Assembly (NCBI GenBank): GCA_033764315.1
Contig: JANRJA010000191.1
Coordinates: forward strand, 1 to 64,000
Source: Oculatellaceae cyanobacterium bins.114
GTDB lineage: Bacteria; Cyanobacteriota; Cyanobacteriia; Elainellales; Elainellaceae
Direction: 5' to 3'
DNA: 64,000 nt
Shown: positions 19,011-28,385 of the stretch, one piece after another
How positions within the stretch are numbered: the stretch's first letter is position 1
Layout: every line of letters starts with the position of its first letter
The notes under the pieces: generated by a model
What the model saw: the letters and a program-made list of their open reading frames with translations, nothing else
The model's database searches: none
What the model was told of the DNA's origin: nothing
Translations under genes and position numbers: made by a program

Positions 19011-20246
19011 ATGACAGCCCCCACCACCCTGACCCACAAAACTAGATGGCAAATTCCGGTTGTACTGGCTGTCACGGTTTTTATTAATTACCTCGATCGC
19101 AATAATCTGTCTCTGGCGATTCCTCGGTTGGCTCAAGACTTTGGTTGGAGCGATCGCGAAGTCGGTGCCAAGGGTGAATTACTCCTAGCCGCTTTCTATG
19201 TGTCCTATGGTCTCTCTAATATGCTGCTCAGTCCTTTGGCAGAGCGGTTTGGGGCAAAGCGTAGCGTCATCGCTGCCATTGTGGCCTTCTCACTAGTAAC
19301 CCTGTTAAGTGCACCGTTGGGCTATTCTTTTACAGCTTTGATTGTCTTACGATTGCTGTTGGGGTTGGGGGAAGGGGTGCATATTCCCATGTCGAGTGCA
19401 ATTACCAGTCGCTGGTTTTTAGCGGGTGAGCGATCGCGGGCAAATGCGATTTGGGGCAGTGGTATCTTATTGGCTACGGCGATCGCCCCGTTGCTGATTA
19501 TTCCTTTGATTCAGGCATTGGGTTGGCGTCCAACCTTCGCTGTGTTGGGAGTTGGCGGCATGATGATCTCGATTCCTCTAGTCTATTTTTTGGTGCCAGA
19601 TCAGTTACCGAGTCCAGCATGGCAATCGGCAGTAGTCAGCCCATCTGACTCTGATGAAACTCCATCTCTAGTCAACTACCACCGCGATCCTCGGTTCTGG
19701 CTTGCTGTGCTTGGAGGGTGCCTCAATGCCTTTTGTGCGTTTGGGGTATTAAATTGGCTGCCCACCTATTTCAATCGCGCCAAGGGCATCGACTTTGAAC
19801 AATTGGGTTGGCCTCTTGCACTAGTGTTTACGACCGGAATTGTCGGCATTGCACTGCTGGCCTATTTAGGAGATATCCTGCAACGCAGAACGCAACTGGC
19901 CGGGGTTGGTTTCTTGTTAGCGGGTGGAATGGTCTATCTTGCCTCTGCGACCACTCAAGTGAGCCTGCTGGTGTTCTTTTTTGCGATCGCTGTGTTTTGT
20001 CAAAGTGCCTATGGTGCCCAAGAATATGCCATTGTGCAGCGTCTCTTGCCCGCTGAGCAAGTCGGCTCAGGAACAGGACTTTATAACGGGTTATCGGTCT
20101 TGTTGGGAGGGGTTGGTGGCTCTTTGATTCCGGGATCAATTGTGGCAGCCACAGGCAGTTTTGATGCGGGCATCCTCAGCCTTGTGGTGGGGGCGTGGTT
20201 GGCAGCAGGAGTGATGTTTGGGCTAGCCCGCATGATTCGATATTGA
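19011..20246 (+). CDS. MFS transporter (ACS/anion:cation symporter-like)
   Basis: INYLDRNNLSLA, LRLLLGLGEG, RWFLAGERSRANA; 12 TM. Confidence 0.9.
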   Translation: MTAPTTLTHKTRWQIPVVLAVTVFINYLDRNNLSLAIPRLAQDFGWSDREVGAKGELLLAAFYVSYGLSNMLLSPLAERFGAKRSVIAAIVAFSLVTLLSAPLGYSFTALIVLRLLLGLGEGVHIPMSSAITSRWFLAGERSRANAIWGSGILLATAIAPLLIIPLIQALGWRPTFAVLGVGGMMISIPLVYFLVPDQLPSPAWQSAVVSPSDSDETPSLVNYHRDPRFWLAVLGGCLNAFCAFGVLNWLPTYFNRAKGIDFEQLGWPLALVFTTGIVGIALLAYLGDILQRRTQLAGVGFLLAGGMVYLASATTQVSLLVFFFAIAVFCQSAYGAQEYAIVQRLLPAEQVGSGTGLYNGLSVLLGGVGGSLIPGSIVAATGSFDAGILSLVVGAWLAAGVMFGLARMIRY

Positions 20247-20840
20247 GAGGATACGTGAGCCAATCGAGGTTCCTAACAAACGAATTGCCTTTGTCATCAC
20301 CACTTGAAACCCCAACGATTCATAAAGTTTTTGGGCTCTTTGGTTATTCACATCAACACTGATAAACAGAGAGCTAGATGCAGCATTTGCATCAGCGATG
20401 CACTGTGACAACAACTGCCGACCGATCCCCTGGTTGCGATAATCGGGTGCCACAGCAAGATTGCCTATGTAAAACGACCCTGTGGGATAGTGATGTTGCA
20501 AAACATATCTGAGGATGAGACGTTGCACCAGGGTTAACCAAAATCGTTGACTCACCGTGAGCACTTCGCGGTGGTCTGCATCGTCCTTGAGTCGCTCTGC
20601 TGGAACAAATATGACAATTCCTACAACATGGTGGTCGAGTGCGGCCACTCGAATATATTGATGACTAAAGCGATTGTGCGATCGCCGAACTAACGCTGTG
20701 ATGCAGCGAATAGCGTGTTTCCCAAACATTAGATCGAACAGAGATGGGGCTGACTGATAAATCAAGTCTGCAACATCGCTGACGTTGTGATCAGTCAAAG
20801 ACATCGGCAAATAATCAATTGCTGAGTTGGGTAGAGCCAT
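20223..20840 (-). CDS. GNAT N-acetyltransferase
   Basis: YIGNLAVAPDYRNQGIGRQLL and NQRAQKLYESLGF motifs. Confidence 0.9.
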   Translation of the reverse strand: MALPNSAIDYLPMSLTDHNVSDVADLIYQSAPSLFDLMFGKHAIRCITALVRRSHNRFSHQYIRVAALDHHVVGIVIFVPAERLKDDADHREVLTVSQRFWLTLVQRLILRYVLQHHYPTGSFYIGNLAVAPDYRNQGIGRQLLSQCIADANAASSSLFISVDVNNQRAQKLYESLGFQVVMTKAIRLLGTSIGSRILSISNHAG

Positions 20841-21023
20841 TTAGTGAGAAACAGATTTTAGCGTAACGGATTCATTAAATATCTAACGAAACTACACTCA
20901 TGGATCAAACATGACACACTAACACCAATCACGAAGACCAGACTTATAAAACAGTTGGCAATGAGAAGCCTATTAACAGCATCGCTGTCATCGTGTGATC
21001 GAACAGCGAATGACGGTTGAGGA

Positions 21024-21716
21024 ATGTTATTTTTTGCAGAAACTCTTCAATATCGCGTAATTTTTTTCCTGCTACTGTCCTTTGGGGCTGGGGTACTGAT
21101 CTCGGCTTTAGCCTTCGAGCTGATGGATGAAGCTTATCGAGAAGGGGGATTTGACTCAACTGCCATTGGTTTTATTGGTGGTGCCACCGTTTATACGGCT
21201 GCAAACTGGTGGTTAGCCTTTCAGGGTGCCCAGCATCGCAAGCGATCGGGCGAACAGCAAATTTCAGAGAGCGAGCAAAGCGGTAGTGGACTGGCAATTG
21301 CCATTGGTGCTTTGTTAGATGGTATTCCCGAATCGATCGTGATTGGAGTCAGTCTGATCAGTGGGGGAGCCGTGAGTTGGGTTACAGTTGCTGCCGTCTT
21401 TTTGTCTAATATCCCAGAGGGGTTATCTAGTGCAGCAGGGATGAAGCAAGCCAAGCGTTCTTTGAGATATATCTTTGGGGTGTGGGGAGCGATCGCCCTT
21501 TCATCAGGGGTTGCCGCTCTAGTTGGATACACCATCTTTAGTCACTTTTCTAATGAAGTGATTGCGGCGACAACAGCCGTTGCAGCCGGTGCAATTTTAG
21601 CAATGTTAACAGACACCATGATTCCAGAGGCGTTTGAGCGAGCACACAATTTTGCTGGGTTAATTACCGTCTTCGGTTTTCTGGTGGCTTTTTGCTTGAC
21701 CAAACTCAGCGGATGA
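21024..21716 (+). CDS. ZIP-family metal transporter (N-terminus atypical, possibly truncated)
   Basis: FGAGVLISALAFELMDEAY, LDGIPES, SNIPEGLSS, DTMIPEAF. Confidence 0.8.
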   Translation: MLFFAETLQYRVIFFLLLSFGAGVLISALAFELMDEAYREGGFDSTAIGFIGGATVYTAANWWLAFQGAQHRKRSGEQQISESEQSGSGLAIAIGALLDGIPESIVIGVSLISGGAVSWVTVAAVFLSNIPEGLSSAAGMKQAKRSLRYIFGVWGAIALSSGVAALVGYTIFSHFSNEVIAATTAVAAGAILAMLTDTMIPEAFERAHNFAGLITVFGFLVAFCLTKLSG

Positions 21717-21754
21717 GGGTTAGTACCTGATCAGATTAGTGTCTAAACCATTGT

Positions 21755-23236
21755 CTAACTCTTTGTCAACAACCAAGCGATCGCCCATCCCAGACTAAAG
21801 GCCATCCCCGTTAGCCCTATCTCTCGATATCCCATGTTTAGCTGCGATCGTTGCCAGATTGGCAGGGCTTGCTGACTCTGCTCTGCCTCCTTTAGTGCCT
21901 GTTTAAGCAATTGATTTTCTCGCTGTAAACTCGCTGCAAAAAATTGATAGTCTTGCGTGCTCAAATTCTTACCTTCCGCCCATACCTGTGCTTCTTGCAA
22001 TGCCTGTCCTTTTAACAACTGAGACTCATCCTCACCGTTGGAGGCTCCCCAAGCACTCAGCAAATCAGCATAGGGTCGCAATGTCATCAGTTGTCGCTCG
22101 ACCCACTCTGGGTTAAATACTGCCTCATAAATGCGGTTATAGACCTGCAAAAACCCCGATCGTTTTACCACCAACCCCGACAGCAACAACTCTCGCTGTT
22201 CAGGGGAGTCATCGACCGCAACTTTGCCCTTGCGCAAAATCTGTTGATAGAGGCTGAGCAAGCGACTAGCACGTTGTTCGTTCACTAAAAGGCGATCGCG
22301 AATTGTCCGTAAATGAGGGGGTTCATCTTGAGACACCCAGTTCTCAATTAAACAAGACTCAATGATCTCGGCCACCTGTTCGGCGATCGCCTTTGGCTCT
22401 GACAACAACTTTCGCATCAACGTCTGCATCTGAAAATCAAACTCAGAGGCGGTGACAGAAGACTCAAAGCTACAATTCTGATTTTGCTCAATGAATTGAC
22501 AAATCTTTTGCGTTAAAAAAGGCTGTCCTTCAGTCCATGCCAAGATCTCTTTGAGCACAGTAGCTGGATCATCCACTTTGCCCACCAATCCCCGTTCTAG
22601 GGGTTGCACCTCAGTCAAACAAAAGCCATTCAGCTGAATTGCATGACCAATATTAAAGGGCGTGCGGGTTTTGTCAGCAATCAAATCAGTCGGAGTGGCC
22701 ACCCCCAACAGCGCAAAGGTAAGGCGGTGCTGTTCATGGCAAGAGCGAATTAGAGCAAAAAAATCGTCGGTATCAAACGGCAAATTGAGCGTGCTATCAA
22801 TTTCGTCAAAAAAGATCACAATTGGTTTTGCTACCAAATCTGGCAATACATCGGTCAAAAATTCGCCCAGTCGCCCCACCGCAGAAAAGTCTTGCCGTTC
22901 TGCTAGCCATAGCCGCAAGTTGAACTGGTTAGAGATCTGAAAACTGCGAACCAACCGCATCATGATGTCGGCATACCACTGATCGACCGTGCTCTCTCGA
23001 TTGCCAATCCCTGATAAGTCCACCGTGGCACACCCGATGCCCTCCATCTCCAGTCGTTTTGACACCTGAACCCGCAAGCTCGATTTACCCATTTGGCGGC
23101 AATTCAACACATAGCAAAATTTCCCCGCTTTGAGAGATGCATAGAGTTCATTATCCGCTTGCCTTTCCACATAACTAGGGGCATCAACAGGCAACCGACC
23201 CCCGACTTGATATTGGTAGGTTGAGCTTGATGACAT
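21755..23236 (-). CDS. AAA_35 (AAA-like) P-loop NTPase with short C-terminal tail
   Basis: [28 protein letters not shown] (Walker A), FFDEID (Walker B), [19 protein letters not shown]-terminal hydrophobic tail. Confidence 0.88.
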   Translation of the reverse strand: MSSSSTYQYQVGGRLPVDAPSYVERQADNELYASLKAGKFCYVLNCRQMGKSSLRVQVSKRLEMEGIGCATVDLSGIGNRESTVDQWYADIMMRLVRSFQISNQFNLRLWLAERQDFSAVGRLGEFLTDVLPDLVAKPIVIFFDEIDSTLNLPFDTDDFFALIRSCHEQHRLTFALLGVATPTDLIADKTRTPFNIGHAIQLNGFCLTEVQPLERGLVGKVDDPATVLKEILAWTEGQPFLTQKICQFIEQNQNCSFESSVTASEFDFQMQTLMRKLLSEPKAIAEQVAEIIESCLIENWVSQDEPPHLRTIRDRLLVNEQRASRLLSLYQQILRKGKVAVDDSPEQRELLLSGLVVKRSGFLQVYNRIYEAVFNPEWVERQLMTLRPYADLLSAWGASNGEDESQLLKGQALQEAQVWAEGKNLSTQDYQFFAASLQRENQLLKQALKEAEQSQQALPIWQRSQLNMGYREIGLTGMAFSLGWAIAWLLTKS

Positions 23237-23310
23237 AACTCCTATCCATCCGTGCTGTATGCTGTGAAAAGCTGACCCATATAAATCGTTAACGACTTAA
23301 GTTAAGACTC

Positions 23311-24708
23311 ATGCCAGAGAAGGATAGCGATCGCCCCATATCCTTTGAAGTTGCTCTCAAGGTGGCTGATGCAGCCGTGTTTGCCAAGACCTCCAGGCAT
23401 CTTAAAACCATTGAAGTAACTGTCTTACAAGGAGTGTGGCTGGGATATAAGTACGATCAGATCGCCGAAGAAAATGGGTATACACCCGAATATATTAAAC
23501 ACGATGTCGGCCCTACATTATGGCAGTTACTTTCCTCTAGCCTGGGGGAAAAAGTCAGTAAGACTAATCTAATCGCTGTTTTGGTTCGTAAGGCAACTAC
23601 AGAGGATGACAAACAGGCTGAGCCGCCGTCGAGCAGCATCCGATTGGCAGAGTTAGAGTCGCCCGTGGGATTGGTTCCCCTGGACTCAAAGTTTTACATC
23701 GATCGCCCTCCCATTGAAACCCATTGTTACGAAGAAATTACCCATCCTGGTGCTCTCATTCGCATCAAAGCACCTAGTCAAATGGGCAAAACCTCACTCA
23801 TGGTGCGCATTCTGGCTCACGCCAGACAACAGCCTTTTGCCTCAGACCCAACAAAAGCTGTCTCAACCGTTGTCCTCAGTTTACAGCAGGCAGATAGTGC
23901 CGTATTTGCAGACATTGATCGGTTTTTGCGGTGGTTTTGTGCCGCTATTACCCGCAAGCTACAAATTTCGCATCGAGTTGATGATTTTTGGAGTGCTACC
24001 TTTGGCAGCAAGAGCAACTGCACTGCCTACTTTGAAGACTGTGTACTGTCTGTCATCAACGGCCCGTTGATCATTGCACTCGATCAAGTGGATGAGATGT
24101 TTTCCCATCCTGAAATTGCAGATGACTTTTTTGCGCTGCTCCGGTCTTGGTATGAAGAATCGGCCTATGGAGACAGTGGCAATTTGCTGTGGCAACATCT
24201 CCGGTTGGTGATTGTGCACTCAACCGAGGTTTATCTGCCACTGGATATTAATAAATCTCCATTTAATGTGGGAGTGGCGATCGAACTCAAAGAATTTACC
24301 GCAGAACAAGTGTCTGATCTAGCCCAACGCCACGGTCTGACACTGTCTCAGCCTGATCTAACGGCGTTAATGCAACTCATCTCCGGGCATCCCTTTTTGC
24401 TACGACGAGCGTTTTATCACCTGGCCCAACAAGAGCTAACCCTGAGTCAGCTTTTAGAAACGGCTGCCACTCATGCTGGTATTTATCGAGATCATTTACA
24501 TCGACATCTGCGAAATCTGCAAGAACATCCGCCTTTAGCAACTGCATTTGAAAAAGTAATTCAAACCTCAGAGCCAGTTGAGTTAGAGCAAATCCTGGCA
24601 TTTAAGTTACACAGCATGGGGTTAGTTTCGTTACGGGGTAACCATGTCGTGCCCAGTTGCGAACTATATCGACATTATTTTAGAGTGCATTTAGCGATCG
24701 CCCCTTAA
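23311..24708 (+). CDS. AAA_35 NTPase with N-terminal HTH (vWA-MoxR-associated HTH type)
   Basis: N-terminal RHLKTIEVTVLQGVWLGYKYDQIAEENGYTPEYIKHDVGPTLWQLLSSSLGEKVSKTN; KAPSQMGKTSL; ALDQVD; SPFNVG; GHPFL. Confidence 0.88.
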   Translation: MPEKDSDRPISFEVALKVADAAVFAKTSRHLKTIEVTVLQGVWLGYKYDQIAEENGYTPEYIKHDVGPTLWQLLSSSLGEKVSKTNLIAVLVRKATTEDDKQAEPPSSSIRLAELESPVGLVPLDSKFYIDRPPIETHCYEEITHPGALIRIKAPSQMGKTSLMVRILAHARQQPFASDPTKAVSTVVLSLQQADSAVFADIDRFLRWFCAAITRKLQISHRVDDFWSATFGSKSNCTAYFEDCVLSVINGPLIIALDQVDEMFSHPEIADDFFALLRSWYEESAYGDSGNLLWQHLRLVIVHSTEVYLPLDINKSPFNVGVAIELKEFTAEQVSDLAQRHGLTLSQPDLTALMQLISGHPFLLRRAFYHLAQQELTLSQLLETAATHAGIYRDHLHRHLRNLQEHPPLATAFEKVIQTSEPVELEQILAFKLHSMGLVSLRGNHVVPSCELYRHYFRVHLAIAP

Positions 24709-24743
24709 GCAGTAATGATTTGAGCTGCAATGATGTGATCAGC

Positions 24744-24796
24744 AAAAAAAATGGTGTCTTGAAGCCTGTACTTCTCAGGGAGTTCAAAACACCATT
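24744..24796 (-). terminator. Terminator of the DUF4278 cluster
   Basis: AATGGTGTCTTGAA...TTCAAAACACCATT stem with an A-run on its left, i.e. a U-tract on the minus strand. Confidence 0.6.
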
Positions 24797-24946
24797 CCAT
24801 TGCCGTCGCCACAACGGTTCTTTTGCAGTCCTAAATCCTGGATTAGATGTAGTGATGTCCTATTCATTAGAACTGTCATTAAGAGTGAAATATTTGCATT
24901 GAAGTCTCTACTTAAACTCTCTACAAATACTTCAGTCTTACTCAAT

Positions 24947-25150
24947 TTAGTCAAATGCTGGAGTCAACGTTTTTCGATAAAAAACACCTCGGTAACACAG
25001 AGAAGTTACACCAGAAACGGTGGTTTTAGGTGCGACAAAAGCAACACTCATTTTGATGCCACGGTAGATGCACAAAGGCTGAAGGTTAGACACCTGAGTT
25101 GGCTCAGAGTCAGGATAGTTATACGTTTGACCACGATAGGTGAGTTGCAT
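24947..25150 (-). CDS. DUF4278 small protein
   Basis: MQLTYRGQTY...IYRG...LCYRGVFY; RBS AGGAG. Confidence 0.85.
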   Translation of the reverse strand: MQLTYRGQTYNYPDSEPTQVSNLQPLCIYRGIKMSVAFVAPKTTVSGVTSLCYRGVFYRKTLTPAFD

Positions 25151-25314
25151 GTTGAATGACTCCTGATGTCGATGTGAGGGTGAGTGAGATTAGAATACGT
25201 CCCGGTTTTTGTAGAAGTGAGGCATTTACACAATCGCTGTAGATTGTCTGCACGATATGTCTGCACAATCAATTGTTAAACACCACAGGTTGCACATGAA
25301 CTGTAAAGCGGCTT

Positions 25315-25500
25315 TTACGATGCCTGAAAACGCCAATTAATGGCACGAGGAGCAACATAGGGTTGCTCAACTCTGGGCTGATCATTGTTGTAGGTTACTC
25401 CTGGAGCTTGAAAACGCCAGTGAATGGCACGAGGAGCAACATAGGGCAATACAGGAGAGTCAGTAGATTCAATGATTTGAGCGCGATAAATGAGTTGCAT
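25315..25500 (-). CDS. DUF4278-like small protein with a duplicated PYVAPRAIxWRFQA motif
   Basis: MQLIYRA start; internal 84-bp-period repeat; RBS GAGG. Confidence 0.75.
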   Translation of the reverse strand: MQLIYRAQIIESTDSPVLPYVAPRAIHWRFQAPGVTYNNDQPRVEQPYVAPRAINWRFQAS

Positions 25501-25554
25501 GATTCAAAATCCTCTTGAAGTGACAATTGATTGAAATGATGAGGTGAATAATTT

Positions 25555-25758
25555 TTAGTTAAACAGTGGAGTCAGTGTTCTCAGGTAAGAGATACCGCGA
25601 TAGCTCAGAGATGCCACACTGGGAATAGTGGTCTTGGGCGCAGCAGGGGCAACACTAGTTTTGACACCACGATAGATCCGCAAAGGTTGAAGGGTAGAAA
25701 CTTGAACTGGTTCAGAGTAAGGATAGCTGTAGGTCTGACCACGATAGATAAGTTGCAT
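25555..25758 (-). CDS. DUF4278 small protein, paralog of 24947..25150
   Basis: MQLIYRGQTY...IYRGVK...LSYRGISY; same length and homologous leader. Confidence 0.85.
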   Translation of the reverse strand: MQLIYRGQTYSYPYSEPVQVSTLQPLRIYRGVKTSVAPAAPKTTIPSVASLSYRGISYLRTLTPLFN

Positions 25759-25832
25759 CTTGAATTACTCCTGATATAAGTGTGAGGACGTTAGTCTGAG
25801 TAGCGTAGCCGAGGAGAAAAAGAGAAAAGAAT

Positions 25833-26108
25833 TCATGGATTAGAGTGCATTGCCCCTTGCGCCGCAATTTGGGTGAGTTGGGCAACACTTTGTGAGAGTT
25901 TGACCGTTCCCCAGGTCACTGTGAACAGGCTAAAGATCAGTAACATCGCGATGACACTGCTACTGACCAAAGCTAATCCTTTTCCTGCGGTGCTAGAGGA
26001 TGAAGCAATTGCTTCTGTTGGCTCTAACGTTTCTTCTCGGATGATGGTTGTCCACTCAGAAGAGTTAGTAGGCCAGCAATTGAGAGAGGAGTCGGAGTAG
26101 CGTTCCAT
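25833..26108 (-). CDS. Hypothetical small protein with one TM helix
   Basis: 91-aa ORF, co-oriented with and upstream of the DUF4278 genes. Confidence 0.55.
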   Translation of the reverse strand: MERYSDSSLNCWPTNSSEWTTIIREETLEPTEAIASSSSTAGKGLALVSSSVIAMLLIFSLFTVTWGTVKLSQSVAQLTQIAAQGAMHSNP

Positions 26109-26174
26109 AGCGGGTTGGGGTGGTTGACTTCGATACTCTATTTATAAGAGTTGCCTCTCTTCTTTTCGATATGG

Positions 26175-26236
26175 AAAAGTTAAGGACTTTCACCCCAAAA
26201 AGTTAAGTCGAGAGTCGCAGAGCCTTCCTAACTTTT
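26175..26236. promoter_or_regulatory. Triple AAAAGTTA(A/G)G motif, candidate operator
   Basis: Direct copies at 26175-26184 and 26198-26207, inverted copy at 26227-26236; AAGTTAAG also at 23299-23306. Confidence 0.4.
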
Positions 26237-26488
26237 TTCAATGGACTCCTGCAATTAGCCCAAAAATACAGCGGTTGCGACTTGTATAAGCCACACATGC
26301 TCATCCACTCATCCACACTGCATATTTTGGGTTTACTCATCCAAAAATCGCTGTAACTTTCGGGGCAAGTGAGCAACGAAGCAATCAACCTTTCAGAACT
26401 TTTGTCAGTCAAGCAGGCCAAATCTCTAATCTATCCCCTGAACACATCACCCCTCAAGTGGTTAGCTTGACGAGTGCTATAGATGGCT

Positions 26489-27460
26489 TTAGAAAGTTGG
26501 TGCAAATCCGGTGAGGGGTTGTTGAGCAAAGTCCCAGAACACAGAAGATTCAGAGGGCGATCGCAGCACGAGTTGATGGGTGGGTTCCACGGTGCCAATC
26601 ACCTCGCACACCAAGTCTCGCTGACGAAAGTGGGCTTGCACTTCACTCACGCGATCGCCCCGAACACTCAACAAAAATCCGTAGCTAGGAAAGCTAACCA
26701 ACCAGCGATCGAGGGCTAACCCTGCCGGACAAGGCACTTGATCCACATTCAGCACTGCGCCACAGTTGGAGGTTTCTAACAACATCAGCAACGTCCCGAC
26801 AATACCACCCATACTGATGTCTTTTCCCGCATTACACAAACCAGATTCAGCCAAGTCTGGCAACAGAGCAAGGTCAGCCCGCAGTTGTGTGGGTTCGGCT
26901 CTCGTAGCAGCATCCCAGAAGGGATATTTGGGGTGAGGTTTACCGCGAAAGTCGATCGCCACCATCAAGGCATCACCGGGTTGGGCGTTGAAGCTGGTGA
27001 TCAATTGCTTGGCTCGTCCTAAAATTGCCACCGACAGGGCAGTATAAGGGCTATGGCAATTGGTATGTCCCCCGACGATGGGCACGTTATAGGTTTGTGC
27101 TGCCGCTATCATGCCCTGCCAGATCGGTTTTGTTGCCTCAGCAGAAGTGCTCCAAAGGGCATCAACAACCGCGATCGGGCGACCTCCCATCGCGTAAATG
27201 TCGCTGATGTTGACTAGCACTCCACACCATCCAGCAAACCAGGGTTCTGACTCCACCAACAACGGCAGCATACCCTCCGCTGCAAATAAGAGATAGCCAT
27301 CCCCATCAGGAATTGCAGCACAGTCATCCCCCAGTTGAATGGCATCTGTCCCAATCTTTAAACGATTTAAATTCAAACTATGTGATGCCGTTTGAATGTC
27401 TTGTTTGTGGAGGATGCCGAGAGATTGTCGCAACTGCTTAGTCAGAGCTGATAGCGTCAT
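26489..27460 (-). CDS. Sll0787-family AIR-synthase-like protein (Nit1C cluster, NitF-like)
   Basis: LGDDCAAIPDGDGYLLFAAEG, VNISDIYAMGGRP, VGGHTN, KDISMGG; position in the operon. Confidence 0.9.
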   Translation of the reverse strand: MTLSALTKQLRQSLGILHKQDIQTASHSLNLNRLKIGTDAIQLGDDCAAIPDGDGYLLFAAEGMLPLLVESEPWFAGWCGVLVNISDIYAMGGRPIAVVDALWSTSAEATKPIWQGMIAAAQTYNVPIVGGHTNCHSPYTALSVAILGRAKQLITSFNAQPGDALMVAIDFRGKPHPKYPFWDAATRAEPTQLRADLALLPDLAESGLCNAGKDISMGGIVGTLLMLLETSNCGAVLNVDQVPCPAGLALDRWLVSFPSYGFLLSVRGDRVSEVQAHFRQRDLVCEVIGTVEPTHQLVLRSPSESSVFWDFAQQPLTGFAPTF

Positions 27461-27525
27461 AGTTTTCGCTGTTCTAAATCTCGCTATTCTAAATAATCTC
27501 GCTATTCTAAATAAATAGGTGGTTT

Positions 27526-27592
27526 AGATCCCCAGTTTTTTGTTGGAGCCAGATTAAAGGGGTCTGCTTGCATCACCCAAAACCGGGGATCT
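27526..27592. repeat. 67-bp inverted-repeat element, family A copy 3
   Basis: AGATCCCCAGTTT...AAACCGGGGATCT. Confidence 0.8.
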
Positions 27593-27866
27593 GGAATCGT
27601 TACATATGGGGTAGTTGTTGCTTTGTCTGTTGAGCAAAAACCGGACTTGGGGGAATCATCCCCCAAACCCCCAACTGAGAGACAAAATTTGTCCCTCAGA
27701 CTCCCTCGATACGAGATGGTAAAGAGGCAGTATGGCGCGCTTCGCATCTATAGCCAGTTCGGGTGCTTGCTTCGCTCTATCTTGCCCCTTGCCCGCTGTC
27801 TCTCCCTTGACTTTCATCCTTCAGTACAAACACGATTAATCGCGTCTCTGCCTGCCCCTTGCTCCT

Positions 27867-28385
27867 TTAAGAGGCTTCTTTGGCAGAGAAAGGCAGTATG
27901 GGGCGTGGTTCAGCAGTAGGTGGATAATACTCTAAATCAGCTTCCATCAGGTGATGGGGGCGATCGCACACGCTGATTTCGTCAAGCGATCGCCAATGCC
28001 ACCGTTGAAAAAAGCGAACATTTTGTAGTTGCACCGTTGCCAAAAATTGATGACACCCCCAAGTGTTAGCCGTGGTGACAGCTTTATAAATTAACCCTTT
28101 ACCAATTTGTCCGACCCGGCGATAGTCAGGGTGAACCCCCAACCGTCCACCATACCAAAGCCCTGGTTCTGGTTCATAAATTCGCACGACCCCCACAACC
28201 ATAGTAGTAAAGGGTGTGTCATGGGCGATCGCCACAATGGGATAGGCATACTGGTCAATTTCGTCCATGTCGCTGTCGCCAAACAATCCCTGCTCTTGGC
28301 AAAAAATTGATCGGCGCAAAGCGAAGTAGGCATGGATATCACTGGGAGAAACGGCGAGCTTAAACGTGTAACGCTGCGAGATCAT
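27867..28385 (-). CDS. MSMEG_0567/Sll0786-family GNAT protein (NitE-like)
   Basis: YFALRRSIFCQEQGLF, WYGGRLGVHPDYRR, FLATVQLQNVRFF; ATG 28385 overlaps the radical SAM stop. Confidence 0.88.
   Translation of the reverse strand: MISQRYTFKLAVSPSDIHAYFALRRSIFCQEQGLFGDSDMDEIDQYAYPIVAIAHDTPFTTMVVGVVRIYEPEPGLWYGGRLGVHPDYRRVGQIGKGLIYKAVTTANTWGCHQFLATVQLQNVRFFQRWHWRSLDEISVCDRPHHLMEADLEYYPPTAEPRPILPFSAKEAS

Noticed and set aside
21755-24708. Known anti-phage NLR/Avs system
   Set aside because: No nuclease, TIR, SIR2 or repeat sensor domain is present; kept only as an uncharacterised module.
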